A DNA stretch of 64,000 bases, from NCBI GenBank assembly GCA_934746715.1, contig CAKVFI010000001.1:7653-71652 (forward strand), read 5' to 3'. Positions 9,285 to 24,060 of the stretch are shown here, one piece after another (the first letter of the stretch is position 1; each line of letters begins with the position of its first letter). The position numbers and the translations under genes were made by a program. The notes under the pieces are model-generated. The model was not told where the DNA came from and searched no databases. It saw nothing but the letters and a program-made list of their open reading frames with translations. This DNA comes from an uncultured Clostridia bacterium (GTDB lineage: Bacteria > Bacillota > Clostridia > Christensenellales > UBA1242).

Positions 9285-10490
9285 ATGATAGAAGACAAAT
9301 TAAATCAATTAAACACGGTTTTGCAACAATTGCAAGCAAACAAAAATCAACTTAATGAAAATATAAAAGGCGAAAATTCAGTTTGGGCAAAACTTGATCA
9401 CGCCTATGATTTTGCGAAGCAATGTATTAATTACTATACCTACACAATCCCAGACGAAGATTCCAAACAAAGCGCATTAAATTTTGCAAATACAGTTGAT
9501 AACATTCGAAATAGTTATGTTTCATCATCTATGATAAGCGACCAATTTAAGCAATCAAATATGAATTTAATACAAACATGCAATGAGATTTATAATCATA
9601 CTTGTGGACATATGACTATAATAAGAAACACTGTTGCAAGCGAGGCAGAGTTACAACTATCTGAAAAATTGTTGGCTGTTGAAAAGGCAGTTCAAAACAA
9701 GGAAATAAGTGAAGAAAAAGCAAGCAAACTTGTGCAGAAAATTAAAAATAGTGATAATGGAACTTCGCCTGACCTTACAAATCTGCTTAATGAATATTCA
9801 AAAAAATTAAGCAAAGATGAAACTTCTGTTACAAGTGAAAAGGTTGAATTGCAATCAAAATGTTTTGATGAAAAAAACATTGATATCATTGACACTTATA
9901 TTAAGAACATTGAAAATTTGAATGCCAAGGTTGAAGAAGTAAATGCGATTTATAAAACCAAAAACAATGATAGTGTTCTAAATGACATATTTAGTGTAAT
10001 AAATATCATAGGAGAAGAATTGCCTGGAAAACAAAATGAATATAACGGACATTATGTTACAAATAATAAAGTAATTGCGGAATTAAACATAAGATTAAAC
10101 AAGTTCGCGGAAATTTATCAAGAAAAAAATCAAATTGAAAACAATAACCTAGACCAAGCAATTAATGATGTAACTGTGCAAGCAAATGCAACAAATGGTT
10201 ATTCAAAAAATGAAATGTTTCAGTTGCACAAAAATTGCAATAGCAAACTATTGATTGATATTGTTCGTCAAACACAAGAAATTTGTGATTTGAAAGAAAA
10301 TGTTCCGCCAGAAATCACCCCATTCATTACAAGACATTTGCAAAACGAACTTAATAATCAAAACAAAGAATTCCATTTGATTATGAATAACTCAAATGTT
10401 AGCACAGCAGAACAAAATGTCGCTATTGCAACTCAAATTCAAAAAATTTCAACAATATTGCAAGCCATAGAAAAAGGAGTAACTATTTAA
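9285..10490 (+). CDS. hypothetical 401-aa N/K/E/Q-rich, probably coiled-coil protein (orphan)
   Basis: ORF 9273..10490. ATG 9285 behind GGAGATAAAA. A long stop-free frame in AT-rich DNA. No motif recognised, and no signal peptide or TM segment. Confidence 0.7.
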   Translation: MIEDKLNQLNTVLQQLQANKNQLNENIKGENSVWAKLDHAYDFAKQCINYYTYTIPDEDSKQSALNFANTVDNIRNSYVSSSMISDQFKQSNMNLIQTCNEIYNHTCGHMTIIRNTVASEAELQLSEKLLAVEKAVQNKEISEEKASKLVQKIKNSDNGTSPDLTNLLNEYSKKLSKDETSVTSEKVELQSKCFDEKNIDIIDTYIKNIENLNAKVEEVNAIYKTKNNDSVLNDIFSVINIIGEELPGKQNEYNGHYVTNNKVIAELNIRLNKFAEIYQEKNQIENNNLDQAINDVTVQANATNGYSKNEMFQLHKNCNSKLLIDIVRQTQEICDLKENVPPEITPFITRHLQNELNNQNKEFHLIMNNSNVSTAEQNVAIATQIQKISTILQAIEKGVTI

Positions 10491-10505
10491 AGTTGCTCCT
10501 TTTTT
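10471..10505. terminator. bidirectional terminator between the orphan gene (+) and ffh (-)
   Basis: AAAAAGGAGTAAC-8 nt-GTTGCTCCTTTTT. Flanked by an A-run and a T-run, so it can work on both strands. Confidence 0.7.
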
Positions 10506-10514
10506 ATAAAATGA

Positions 10515-11861
10515 TTATTGTCCCATTAATTTCTTAATCATCGCCATCTTGCCACCATAAGCTTTTGGATTTTTCATCATACGCATCATTTCTTTGGACT
10601 GGTTAAATTGTTTGATGAGTTGGTTTACATCGCTAACCTGCACGCCTGCGCCCTTTGCAATGCGTTGGCGGCGGCTGCCGTTGATGATATCTGGATTGCG
10701 GCGTTCTTTATCCGTCATGGATTGAATGATTGACTTGTTTTTTTCAAGTTGTTTTTCATCAATTTGATTTTCAAGGTCACGCAATTTGCCGCCCAAACCC
10801 GGCATCATGCCAAGCACTGATTTTAATCCCCCCATTTTTTTGAGTGAATCAAGTTGAGCAATATAGTCGTTAAAATCAAAGCTATTTTCACGGAATTTGC
10901 GTTCCATTTCCGCTGCGGTTTTTTCGTCAACTGCCTCTTGCGCTTTGTCAATCAAAGTAAGAACATCACCCATGCCCAAAATACGGCTTGCCATACGGTC
11001 TGGGTAAAAAGGCTCTAAATCGGTCAATTTTTCGCCTACGCCAACAAATTTTATTGGTTTGCCAATAACTTGGCGGATTGAAAGTGCTGCACCGCCACGA
11101 GTGTCGCCATCGGTTTTGGTTAAAACAACACCAGTAACATCAAGTGCGTCATTAAACGCGGTGGAAACTGACACTGCCTCTTGACCAATCATACTATCTA
11201 TAACAAGCAAAATTTCGGTTGGGTTAACTGCTTTTTTGATATCCTTTAACTCTTCCATCAATTTTTCATCAATTTGAAGGCGACCAGCAGTATCCACGAT
11301 AACTGTGTCAAGCGCAAATTTTTCGGCATATGCAATGGCTTCTTTAACTGTTTTTGTTGGGTTTTGTGTGCCACGCTCAAACACATCAATTTGAATTGAT
11401 TTGCCCAAAACTTTAAGTTGGTCAATTGCTGCTGGGCGGTAAATATCACACGCAACCAAAAGTGGTTTTTTGCCTTCTTTTTTGAGTTTGAGTGCCAATT
11501 TACCACACATTGTTGTTTTACCCGAACCTTGCAAACCACACATCATAATGACTGTTGGTGGTTTTGGTGAAACATTAAGTTTTTGATTTTCTCCACCCAT
11601 AAGTGTGGTTAATTCGTCCCTAACAATTTTAACAACTTGTTGTGTTGGAGTGAGGCTTTTTAAAATCTCCTCGCCTTGTGCTTTTTCGCTAACACGGGCG
11701 CAAAAATCTTTGGCAACAGAATAGTTAACATCGGCTTCCAAAAGAGCAACGCGGATTTCACGCATGGCCTCTTTAATTTCCAATTGAGTTAACTTGCCGT
11801 GCTTTGTCATTTTGCTGAAAATATGATTTAATCTATCGCTTAAACTTTGAAAAAATCCCAT
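10515..11861 (-). CDS. ffh: signal recognition particle protein Ffh
   Basis: 'GLQGSGKTT', 'DTAGR', 'TKTDGD', and a Met-rich M-domain. Confidence 0.95.
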   Translation of the reverse strand: MGFFQSLSDRLNHIFSKMTKHGKLTQLEIKEAMREIRVALLEADVNYSVAKDFCARVSEKAQGEEILKSLTPTQQVVKIVRDELTTLMGGENQKLNVSPKPPTVIMMCGLQGSGKTTMCGKLALKLKKEGKKPLLVACDIYRPAAIDQLKVLGKSIQIDVFERGTQNPTKTVKEAIAYAEKFALDTVIVDTAGRLQIDEKLMEELKDIKKAVNPTEILLVIDSMIGQEAVSVSTAFNDALDVTGVVLTKTDGDTRGGAALSIRQVIGKPIKFVGVGEKLTDLEPFYPDRMASRILGMGDVLTLIDKAQEAVDEKTAAEMERKFRENSFDFNDYIAQLDSLKKMGGLKSVLGMMPGLGGKLRDLENQIDEKQLEKNKSIIQSMTDKERRNPDIINGSRRQRIAKGAGVQVSDVNQLIKQFNQSKEMMRMMKNPKAYGGKMAMIKKLMGQ

Positions 11862-12182
11862 CTAATTGTCCTCCAAAATTGCCAAAATTTCAAACCTTGT
11901 TGCCATGTCGATGCTTGTTAAAGGTTTGTTTTCAATTGTTTGCTTTAATTTTTCATCTCTGCTTACAAATTTAAGTTGTTGCTCGTAGTTGTTTAATGCA
12001 TTCAATGCATTGTCCAAGGAATCTTTAACTGCTTGGCGTGAGATGTTAAGTTCCTCACTAACTTCGGCAAGCGAAAGATTGTTGTCAACATACATTGCAA
12101 CAATATCTCGTTGCTTTTGCGTTAACAACTTGCCATAATATTTAACCAAAACTGCGATTTTAACTCGTTCTTCTATGTTCAT
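11862..12182 (-). CDS. ylxM: YlxM (UPF0122) putative DNA-binding protein
   Basis: 106 aa with the HTH 'LSLAEVSEELNISRQAVKD'. Immediately upstream of ffh, the conserved position. Confidence 0.85.
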   Translation of the reverse strand: MNIEERVKIAVLVKYYGKLLTQKQRDIVAMYVDNNLSLAEVSEELNISRQAVKDSLDNALNALNNYEQQLKFVSRDEKLKQTIENKPLTSIDMATRFEILAILEDN

Positions 12183-12188
12183 AATTCC

Positions 12189-13052
12189 CTACATCAAAAT
12201 TTTGTTTACAAAGTTTTCGGCATCAAAGACGGATAAATCGTCCACTCCTTCGCCAAAACCTGTGAAAATGATTGGCACATTAAGGTCGTTGATGATTGGA
12301 TAAACCACACCACCTTTTGCAGTGCCGTCAAGTTTGGTTAGCACAATGCCATCAATATTTACGCTATCTTTAAATGCCTTAACTTGTGCTATGCTGTTTT
12401 GCCCAATGGACGCATCAAGCACAATTAAATTAAGTTTGTTAGCCTCTGGGTATTCACGATTGACAATCGTGTTAATTTTTTCCAATTCCTTCATAAGGTT
12501 GGTTTTGGTGTGCAATCTGCCTGCCGTGTCAACAATAAGCACATCTGTGTTTTTTGCTTTCATGCTTGCAATGGCATCAAACACAACAGAGGCACTGTCT
12601 GCCCCTTCACCTTGCTTTACGATTTTTGTTTTAAGCCTGTCCGCCCACATGTTAAGTTGTTCAGTTGCGGCAGCACGGAAAGTGTCGCCCGCAGCAAGCA
12701 AAACTGACTTTTTTTGAGATTGAAAATACTTTGTCATTTTGGCTATTGTTGTTGTTTTGCCAACACCATTAACACCAACAACAGTGATGATAAGTGGATA
12801 TTTAAATTCAACTTTTTTTGCATTCAATTTGTCAATCAAAAGTTGTTTTAATTCAATTTCAGCACGCTCGGTGTCCTTAATTAATTTATGCTTGCAGGTG
12901 TCACGCAATTCGTCCATAATATCCATTGCTGTTTCAACACCCATATCGCTTGAAACAAGCATAGACTCCAATTCATCATAAAAGTCATCGTTCAATTCTG
13001 TGCGCTTAAAAGTGTATTTTAATTTTTCAAAAAATCGTTTAAATATGCCCAT
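12189..13052 (-). CDS. ftsY: signal recognition particle receptor FtsY
   Basis: 'GVNGVGKTTT', 'DTAGRL', 'TKLDGTAKGG'. Start is ATG 13052 (AAGGAA RBS); the ORF track runs to 13103. Confidence 0.93.
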   Translation of the reverse strand: MGIFKRFFEKLKYTFKRTELNDDFYDELESMLVSSDMGVETAMDIMDELRDTCKHKLIKDTERAEIELKQLLIDKLNAKKVEFKYPLIITVVGVNGVGKTTTIAKMTKYFQSQKKSVLLAAGDTFRAAATEQLNMWADRLKTKIVKQGEGADSASVVFDAIASMKAKNTDVLIVDTAGRLHTKTNLMKELEKINTIVNREYPEANKLNLIVLDASIGQNSIAQVKAFKDSVNIDGIVLTKLDGTAKGGVVYPIINDLNVPIIFTGFGEGVDDLSVFDAENFVNKILM

Positions 13053-13095
13053 TTTTGTTCCTTTACATTTGATTTTTGCTTTAAACAGCAAAAGC

Positions 13096-13122
13096 AAATA
13101 CACAACAATATATTGTGTATTT
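13096..13122 (-). terminator. hairpin between smc and ftsY (possible partial terminator/attenuator)
   Basis: 10-bp stem AAATACACAA / TTGTGTATTT with a 7-nt loop. T-rich downstream on the minus strand. Confidence 0.4.
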
Positions 13123-13132
13123 AACTTTTGTG

Positions 13133-16100
13133 TTATTCTTTATCTTGTTTGCCTTCACTTGAAAGTTTAACAGCATCGCTGAGTTTAACCGACACGATTT
13201 TGCTCACGCCTTTTTCTTCCATTGTAACGCCGTACAAAGTGTCAACAACTTCCATTGTTGGCTTACGGTGAGTGATGACAATAAATTGTGTTTCATCGCT
13301 GAAACGCTTTAAATATTGTGCGTAACGCTCGATGTTTGCATCGTCCAACGCTGCTTCAATTTCGTCCAAAAAGCAGAATGGCATTGGTTTTAATTTTAAA
13401 ATTGCAAACAAAATTGCAATTGCTGTCATTGTCTTTTCACCACCACTTAAAAGAGTGATGTTGCTCAAATTTTTGCCTGGTGGTTGAGCGATGATTTCTA
13501 TGCCAGCAGTGAGAGGGTCTTCACTTGGCAAAATTTCCAACCTTGCGTTGCCGCCACCAAACAATTCCTTAAACACTTTTGTAAAGTTTGCTTGGATTTG
13601 TTCAAACTCGGTGTTAAATTTGTCAAGCATTTCTTTGGACAAGTCTTTGATGATATTAACAGCATCTTCTTCTGCCTTGCGCAAGTCTTCAACTTGGCTG
13701 GACATTTCTTCGTATCTTGCGCCTTCGCTCTTATACTCTTCAATTGCGTTGATGTTAACATAGCCCAAAGCATTAATTTGATTTTTAACTTTGTTAATGT
13801 TGATTAAAACATTTTTAAGGTCAAATTCTTCATCAATATGTGCAATTTGTGCGCAGTCGTTATATGTAAGTTCATATTCTTCATAAATGCGTTCTTGCAT
13901 ATTTTCAATGTCTATATCAACCTTTTGAATGCGAGTTTCTTCTTGATAAATTTTGTTGTTTAATTTTGCAATATCACCAGACAAAACTGTCTTTTTATCA
14001 TCAAGGTCTTTAAGTTCTTTCATCAAGGTTTGCTTAAAGTCCTCAAATTGACTGATTTTTGTGTTTAAATCTTCAATTTCTTGCTTTAAATTTTCAAGCT
14101 CTTCGTTTTCGTTTTTGGATTTGTTCAAATTGATTGCTTCTTCATAAACGCGCATTTGGCTCAATAAATCGCTGTTAAGTTTTTCAATTGATTGTTTTGC
14201 TGTGTTTATGTCGTTTGTGTAACTTTCAATGTTGGTTTCAAGTGATTTGATTTTTTCTTCGGTTGAAGCAATTTTGATGCGTGAAGATGTGAGTGCTTCT
14301 TGATACTCATCTCTACGAGATTTAAGTTCCTCATATGCATTTTTGTTTGTTTCATTAAACTCGCCCACTTTTGCCTGTGTTTGAGCGTAATCAAGTTCAA
14401 CTTTGTCAATTGAATTTATTTGAGAATTCAATTCTTCAACTATGTTGGTTGCAACTTTTATTTGACTTTGATAAGTGAAAACATCTTCTTCAATTTGTGC
14501 CAACTTTGCTTTGTTATTTTCCAAACTTGCGTTTTTGCTGAAAAATTCATTGTTAATTTGTTGCAAACTTGCACTTTCATTTGAGTTTAATATTTTAAGG
14601 CTTTCAAGTCTTTCGGTTACTTGTTGATATTCCTTTTCCAACCCGTGGAGTTCGGCTGTTTTGTTTGCAATGTTTTGTTCCAATGCTTTGATTTCACTCT
14701 CTTTTGACAAAAGTGAACTGTCGTTGCTCTTTTTGCTGCCGCCTGACATACTGCCTTGTGGGGACAACAAATCGCCTTCCAAGGTTACAATGCGGAACGC
14801 GTACCCTGTGCGTTTGGCTAAAATAACTGCATTGTCAAGATTGTCGCACACAACGGTTGAGCCAAGCAAACTGTCAATAACGCTGCGATAAACTGCCTCG
14901 CATTTAACCAATTCACTTGCAACGCCCAAGCAACCAGTTGTATTTAAATATTGCCTATCTGATGCAGAAATTGAGCGTGGTTTAACAGCGCTGATTGGCA
15001 AGAAAGTTGCTCTGCCAAGATGAGCTTGTTTTAAATAATTAATTAAGGTTTTTGCATCGTTTTCATCTTTTGTTACGATGTTTTGGATGCTACCACCCAA
15101 TGCAATTTCAATGGCTGTTGAATATTTTGGGTCAACCGAAATAATATTGCCAACAACGCCTTTGATTGCATTGTTTAAAGTTGAATTTGATTTGCTATCC
15201 TGCATCAAACGCTTAACTGCAAATTGGTAACCTTCAAAATCTGCTTGCAAATTTGCCAAAATGTTTTTGCGGTTTGTGTCGTTTGAAATGCCAGTTTTGA
15301 TAGCATAAATTGATTCAGACAAGCTTTCTGCTTGCTCTGCCAAACTTTCAATTTGACTGCTGATTTGGTTTAAAGATTTATCTTTGCTTTGTTTGGTTGA
15401 ATTTAAGCGCTCAACTTCGGTTGAAAGAGTTTTAACCACCTCTGCCAAATTTGCTTGTTCTGCTTGCAAAGTTGACAATTTTTCATTGTCATTTTTGATG
15501 TTTTCAAGCATCGTGTCGCGTTTTGCAATGTAAGCGGACAAATTTGCCTTGATGTCTGTAAGTTTTGCAAGGTTGTCAATCAAACTACGTTGATTTTCTT
15601 CCTTTTCGGTTTCATTTTTGGTTAAGTCATCAATCAAATTTAAGTGCTTTTGGCTCAAATCTTGAGCTTCTTCGTGGAGTTTGTTAAGGTTTTTCTTTTC
15701 ATCATCACACAAAGCAGTTGCATTTTTAACAAATGCTGATTTTTGATTTATGTCCAAATTTAAAGCGTCAATTTGAGCAGTTAAGCGGTCAATTTGCTCT
15801 TTTAAATGGCGAGTTTGCTCGTTCAAAAGGCGGCTGTCGCCCTGCTTCTTTTCCAAATTGATGTTGTCTGCCAAAAGTTTGTTGTGCAATTCTGCCGAGC
15901 GTTTGTCCAATTGGTCAATTTCATTAAGAGATTTGTCGTATTTTGCTTGTTCTGTTTCAAGGCTATTGGTTAAAACATTTAAGTTATCACGATAACCTTG
16001 CAACTTAACATTAATTTCATTTTTGGTTTGAGCTGCATGGTCAAATTGATAAACATAGGCATCAATTTCCATTTGTTTTAATTGGTCACGATATTCCAAA

Positions 16101-16747
16101 TATTTTTTTGCATCTTCACTTTGGCGTTTGAGTGGCCCCAACCTACGCTCAACTTCTGTGATGATGTCAGTTGCTCTGCTTAAATTATCACGCACACGCA
16201 CAAGACGGCTTTCCGTTTCCGTTTTGCGAGCCTTATATTTTGCAATACCTGCTGCTTCTTCAAAAATGGCACGCCTATCTTCTGGCTTGGATTGAATAAT
16301 TTCGTCCACTCTGCCTTGACCGATGATTGAGTAACCATCTTTGCCGATACCACTGTCGTAAAGCAAATCACGGATATCTTTAAGGCGACATGGCTTTTTG
16401 TTAATCATGTAATCACTTTCGCCGCTGCGGTAAAGTTTACGTGTTAAACTAACTTCGTCCAAATCTATGTTGAACCATTTTTGAGTGTTGTCAAAAACCA
16501 AAGTTACTTCACAATAACTCAACTTTTTGCGCTTTTCAGTGCCGGCAAAAATAACATCTTGCATGCTTTTGCCACGCAAGGCTTTGCTTGATTGTTCACC
16601 AAGAACCCAACGGATTGCATCACTTACATTTGACTTGCCGCAACCATTTGGCCCAACAATTGCAGTAATACCACCATCAAAACTGATGCGTGTGGTGTCT
16701 GCAAACGATTTGAAACCGCATATTTCAATCTCTTTAAAATTAATCAT
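13133..16747 (-). CDS. smc: chromosome segregation protein SMC
   Basis: Walker A 'GPNGCGKSN', long coiled coils, a hinge 'GVVGNIISVDPKYSTAIEIALGG', and C-terminal 'LSGGEKT...FCFLDEIEAALD'. Start is ATG 16747 (GGGGAAAT RBS). Confidence 0.95.
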   Translation of the reverse strand: MINFKEIEICGFKSFADTTRISFDGGITAIVGPNGCGKSNVSDAIRWVLGEQSSKALRGKSMQDVIFAGTEKRKKLSYCEVTLVFDNTQKWFNIDLDEVSLTRKLYRSGESDYMINKKPCRLKDIRDLLYDSGIGKDGYSIIGQGRVDEIIQSKPEDRRAIFEEAAGIAKYKARKTETESRLVRVRDNLSRATDIITEVERRLGPLKRQSEDAKKYLEYRDQLKQMEIDAYVYQFDHAAQTKNEINVKLQGYRDNLNVLTNSLETEQAKYDKSLNEIDQLDKRSAELHNKLLADNINLEKKQGDSRLLNEQTRHLKEQIDRLTAQIDALNLDINQKSAFVKNATALCDDEKKNLNKLHEEAQDLSQKHLNLIDDLTKNETEKEENQRSLIDNLAKLTDIKANLSAYIAKRDTMLENIKNDNEKLSTLQAEQANLAEVVKTLSTEVERLNSTKQSKDKSLNQISSQIESLAEQAESLSESIYAIKTGISNDTNRKNILANLQADFEGYQFAVKRLMQDSKSNSTLNNAIKGVVGNIISVDPKYSTAIEIALGGSIQNIVTKDENDAKTLINYLKQAHLGRATFLPISAVKPRSISASDRQYLNTTGCLGVASELVKCEAVYRSVIDSLLGSTVVCDNLDNAVILAKRTGYAFRIVTLEGDLLSPQGSMSGGSKKSNDSSLLSKESEIKALEQNIANKTAELHGLEKEYQQVTERLESLKILNSNESASLQQINNEFFSKNASLENNKAKLAQIEEDVFTYQSQIKVATNIVEELNSQINSIDKVELDYAQTQAKVGEFNETNKNAYEELKSRRDEYQEALTSSRIKIASTEEKIKSLETNIESYTNDINTAKQSIEKLNSDLLSQMRVYEEAINLNKSKNENEELENLKQEIEDLNTKISQFEDFKQTLMKELKDLDDKKTVLSGDIAKLNNKIYQEETRIQKVDIDIENMQERIYEEYELTYNDCAQIAHIDEEFDLKNVLININKVKNQINALGYVNINAIEEYKSEGARYEEMSSQVEDLRKAEEDAVNIIKDLSKEMLDKFNTEFEQIQANFTKVFKELFGGGNARLEILPSEDPLTAGIEIIAQPPGKNLSNITLLSGGEKTMTAIAILFAILKLKPMPFCFLDEIEAALDDANIERYAQYLKRFSDETQFIVITHRKPTMEVVDTLYGVTMEEKGVSKIVSVKLSDAVKLSSEGKQDKE

Positions 16748-16936
16748 ATTTCCCCATTTGTGTTTTTTGTTGCAAATTATCAGCAAAAAAAATTTAAATC
16801 AAGTGTAATTATTATACAAAAAAACACCCAAATTTCAAAACAAAATAGGGTGTTTTTAACATATTAGCCCAACAAAAAGGCATAAAATTTTAAATTTTTA
16901 AGTGGTTTAAACAAATTTTTAAAAGCTCAAAACAAT

Positions 16937-21177
<4,241 letters not shown>

Positions 21178-21332
21178 ATATCTCCTTTTAGGATTAAAAA
21201 AAATTTTACTAGGTATATGCCTTGAAAATTCTTAACCAAATTGTTCCATTTATTAACAATTTGATTATACCACACAAAAAAAACAAACGCAAACATTTTG
21301 AATAAATAAAATTTAAATGCCCATTGTCGCAT

Positions 21333-21361
21333 AAAAAAATCACTGGCTAACCAGTGATTTT
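21333..21361 (-). terminator. Rho-independent terminator after rpsU
   Basis: Minus strand: AAATCACTGG-TTAG-CCAGTGATTT followed by TTTTT. Confidence 0.75.
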
Positions 21362-21368
21362 AAAAATC

Positions 21369-21557
21369 CTAATATCTTGATTTTTTCATAGCGCGTTTGC
21401 GAGCTGCTTTTTGTTTTTCTTTTTTAGCAACGCTTGGTTTAACGTATTCTTGTTTCTTTTTCAAGTCGCCAATAATACCATCTTTTTGGCATTTGCGTTT
21501 GAAACGTTTCAATGCGCTTTCAATTGATTCATTTTCGCCACAACGAATTGTTGTCAT
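21369..21557 (-). CDS. rpsU: 30S ribosomal protein S21
   Basis: 62 aa, '[44 protein letters not shown]'. Confidence 0.9.
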   Translation of the reverse strand: MTTIRCGENESIESALKRFKRKCQKDGIIGDLKKKQEYVKPSVAKKEKQKAARKRAMKKSRY

Positions 21558-21679
21558 ATCCTATTTCACCCACTTTTAGATCTAAACTAAAAAATAGTAT
21601 ACGCAAAAACAATAACATTGTCAATGTTTTTGACAAAATTTTTGTGAAAAAAACAATATTTAATCTTTTTGTTAAATTT

Positions 21680-22015
21680 TTAAAATTCTTTAAGCTTTTC
21701 GCCACCCAAAATGTGAATGTGAAGGTGAGCAACTGTTTGCCCAGCATCCGCACCTTGATTAATAACAAGACGATAACCATTTGTGAGCCCAAGTTCGGCT
21801 TGCATGTGGCTGATTTTGCCCAAAAGTTTGCCAAGGAGTGCTGTGCCATCGTCTGTCAACATATCAATGGTTGGCACATGTTCGGTTGGAATAGCAATAA
21901 GGTGCACTTTTGCTTGTGGATTGATGTCTTTAATAATCATAAAATCATCATCTTTGTAAAGTGTTGTGCTTGATAACTCACCTTTTCTAATTTTACAAAA
22001 TACGCAATCTTCCAT
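21680..22015 (-). CDS. HIT family (histidine triad) protein
   Basis: 'CVFCKI' N-terminus and the 'HLHIHILGG' triad. Confidence 0.9.
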   Translation of the reverse strand: MEDCVFCKIRKGELSSTTLYKDDDFMIIKDINPQAKVHLIAIPTEHVPTIDMLTDDGTALLGKLLGKISHMQAELGLTNGYRLVINQGADAGQTVAHLHIHILGGEKLKEF

Positions 22016-22106
22016 AATAATCTAATCTCCCTTTTTGATTGGTAAATGCTTGCATTTTAGCAAGCAAAATGGAAATTTTTATATCACACTTGATATAATT
22101 TTCTCC

Positions 22107-23360
22107 TTAATTTGTTTCAAATTGTTCCGCCAGCATTCCTTTTTTAAATGGTTCAGTGATTGTTACATCAACAATTTCACCCACATTGTGTGGTTTTGGC
22201 AAATAGGTATATATATAATTATCAGTATAACCTATTGAATAATTTTCGTCAACGATTTCAACAAGCAGTTTGTGCTTTGTGCCCTTGTTTTTGGCGTAAA
22301 AATTTGCTTTAAATTCTGCATTCAATTTTTGCAAGCGTTTTTCACGTTGTTTTACAACATCTGCTGGAACATCTCCGCCCATTTTACCTGCCGCTGTACC
22401 AGAGCGAATGCTGTATGGGAAAATGTGCATAAAATCAAAACCTATACGTTGCAAATTTTTGAATGTTGTTTCAAATTCTTCGTCTGTTTCACCCTTAAAA
22501 CCAACAATAAGGTCAGTTGAAATGCACGCAGTTGGAAATTCTTTGCGGATTCTATCTGTTATTTCAATAAACTTTTCAATTGTATAGCGCCTGTTCATAC
22601 GTTTTAAGGTTTCATTGCAAGCAGATTGCAAACTCAAATGAAAATGTGGGCAAAAATTTTTGCAATTTTTCAAAGTCTCAAACATTTCATCGTCCAAAAT
22701 GTTGCACTCAATTGAAGATATTCTAAAACGCTTGTTCAATTTGTCAACTGCCTTAATAAGCGTTGCCAAGGCAAGTTTGCCGTTTATACGATAGTCACTC
22801 ATATTTATGCCAGTAAGCACAATTTCGCTGGCAGTTGTATCCTTAATTTCTGCCAAAATATCGTTTAAATCTCTGCTGCGGCTTCTCCCCCTAACATAAG
22901 GAATAAGGCAATAGGAACAAAAATAGTTGCAACCATCTTGAATTTTTATGTATTGACGAGTGCGTGTTTCAATTGGGCGTGGCATTTCATCGTAGCTTTC
23001 GTTAACCAAATCTGGCAACTCTTTGTTTTGTGCGTTGATAAATTCCATAATCTTTTGCTTGCCACTGTTGCCTGTTAATGCAATAACATTTGGATTGACC
23101 AAAAATTTGGCTGGATTGTTTTGAACAGCGCAACCGCACACCACAATTTTGGCGTTTGGATTAAGTTTTTCCAACTTTGCAAGCACTTGTTTGGATTTGC
23201 GCTCCCCAGTGTTGGTTACCGCACAAGTGTTAACAACATAAACATCGGCAGGCACCAAACCTTCAAAAATTTCGTATCCTGCTTGTTTTAATTGATTCAT
23301 TATTGATTGACTTTCATATTCATTAACCTTGCAACCCAAGGTTACCACACTAGCACGCAT
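22107..23360 (-). CDS. mtaB: tRNA t6A37 methylthiotransferase MtaB (radical SAM MTTase)
   Basis: 'TLGCKVNEYES' and the radical-SAM motif 'CNYFCSYCLIPYVRG'. rsmE-mtaB (yqeU-yqeV) synteny. Confidence 0.85.
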   Translation of the reverse strand: MRASVVTLGCKVNEYESQSIMNQLKQAGYEIFEGLVPADVYVVNTCAVTNTGERKSKQVLAKLEKLNPNAKIVVCGCAVQNNPAKFLVNPNVIALTGNSGKQKIMEFINAQNKELPDLVNESYDEMPRPIETRTRQYIKIQDGCNYFCSYCLIPYVRGRSRSRDLNDILAEIKDTTASEIVLTGINMSDYRINGKLALATLIKAVDKLNKRFRISSIECNILDDEMFETLKNCKNFCPHFHLSLQSACNETLKRMNRRYTIEKFIEITDRIRKEFPTACISTDLIVGFKGETDEEFETTFKNLQRIGFDFMHIFPYSIRSGTAAGKMGGDVPADVVKQREKRLQKLNAEFKANFYAKNKGTKHKLLVEIVDENYSIGYTDNYIYTYLPKPHNVGEIVDVTITEPFKKGMLAEQFETN

Positions 23361-24060
23361 AACTCACCGCCTTTAACATACTAACACCTGCCACACATGC
23401 AACATGTGCACGCAAAATAGTGTTGCCCAAACTTACATTTTTTGCAAAAGATGAAAAATATTCAACTTCTTCAGCCGAAAAACCACCTTCCGGCCCCACA
23501 ATAAGCGAAAAATCTCCTTTAAATGCATCAATTTTGCCAGTTGAATTTTCGTAAGCAAAAAAGATGTTTTTGTTGCTTTCCTTGGCAATTTGAGATTTGT
23601 TTATTATTTCGATACTCATCACATCAGCACGTTCGCTTTGTTTGCTTGCTTGAATTGCTGTTTGCTTTAATTTTTCTATCTTTTTTTCATCAAAAGTTGC
23701 AACAGAATAATCTGCTTTAAACAATTTTACAGTTTTGACATTCAATTCTGCCAAATGGTCGATTGCTTCAACCAATGCTTCGTTTTTAATCATTGCCAAA
23801 TATACTATTATGTTTTGAGCATTGAAAGATTTGTTTTGTTGTTTGCCAAGCAAATTTAAATCAACTTTGTCTTTAAAAATTTGTGTTATTTCAAAATTAT
23901 AATCAAACCCGTCGCCACAAAATGCAACAATTTTTTCTCCAACTTTTGCCCTGCGAACCTTTAACAAATGTTGTGCTTCCTGCCCAGATAAACAAAAAGA
24001 AAAAGGAACATTCAATTCCTTTATTTCAATTGGTTTTTCAAAATAATACCTGTTATCCAT
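23350..24060 (-). CDS. rsmE: 16S rRNA (uracil1498-N3)-methyltransferase RsmE
   Basis: 'HLLKVRRAKVGE' and the SPOUT motif 'LIVGPEGGFSAEEV'. Confidence 0.85.
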   Translation of the reverse strand: MDNRYYFEKPIEIKELNVPFSFCLSGQEAQHLLKVRRAKVGEKIVAFCGDGFDYNFEITQIFKDKVDLNLLGKQQNKSFNAQNIIVYLAMIKNEALVEAIDHLAELNVKTVKLFKADYSVATFDEKKIEKLKQTAIQASKQSERADVMSIEIINKSQIAKESNKNIFFAYENSTGKIDAFKGDFSLIVGPEGGFSAEEVEYFSSFAKNVSLGNTILRAHVACVAGVSMLKAVSYAC

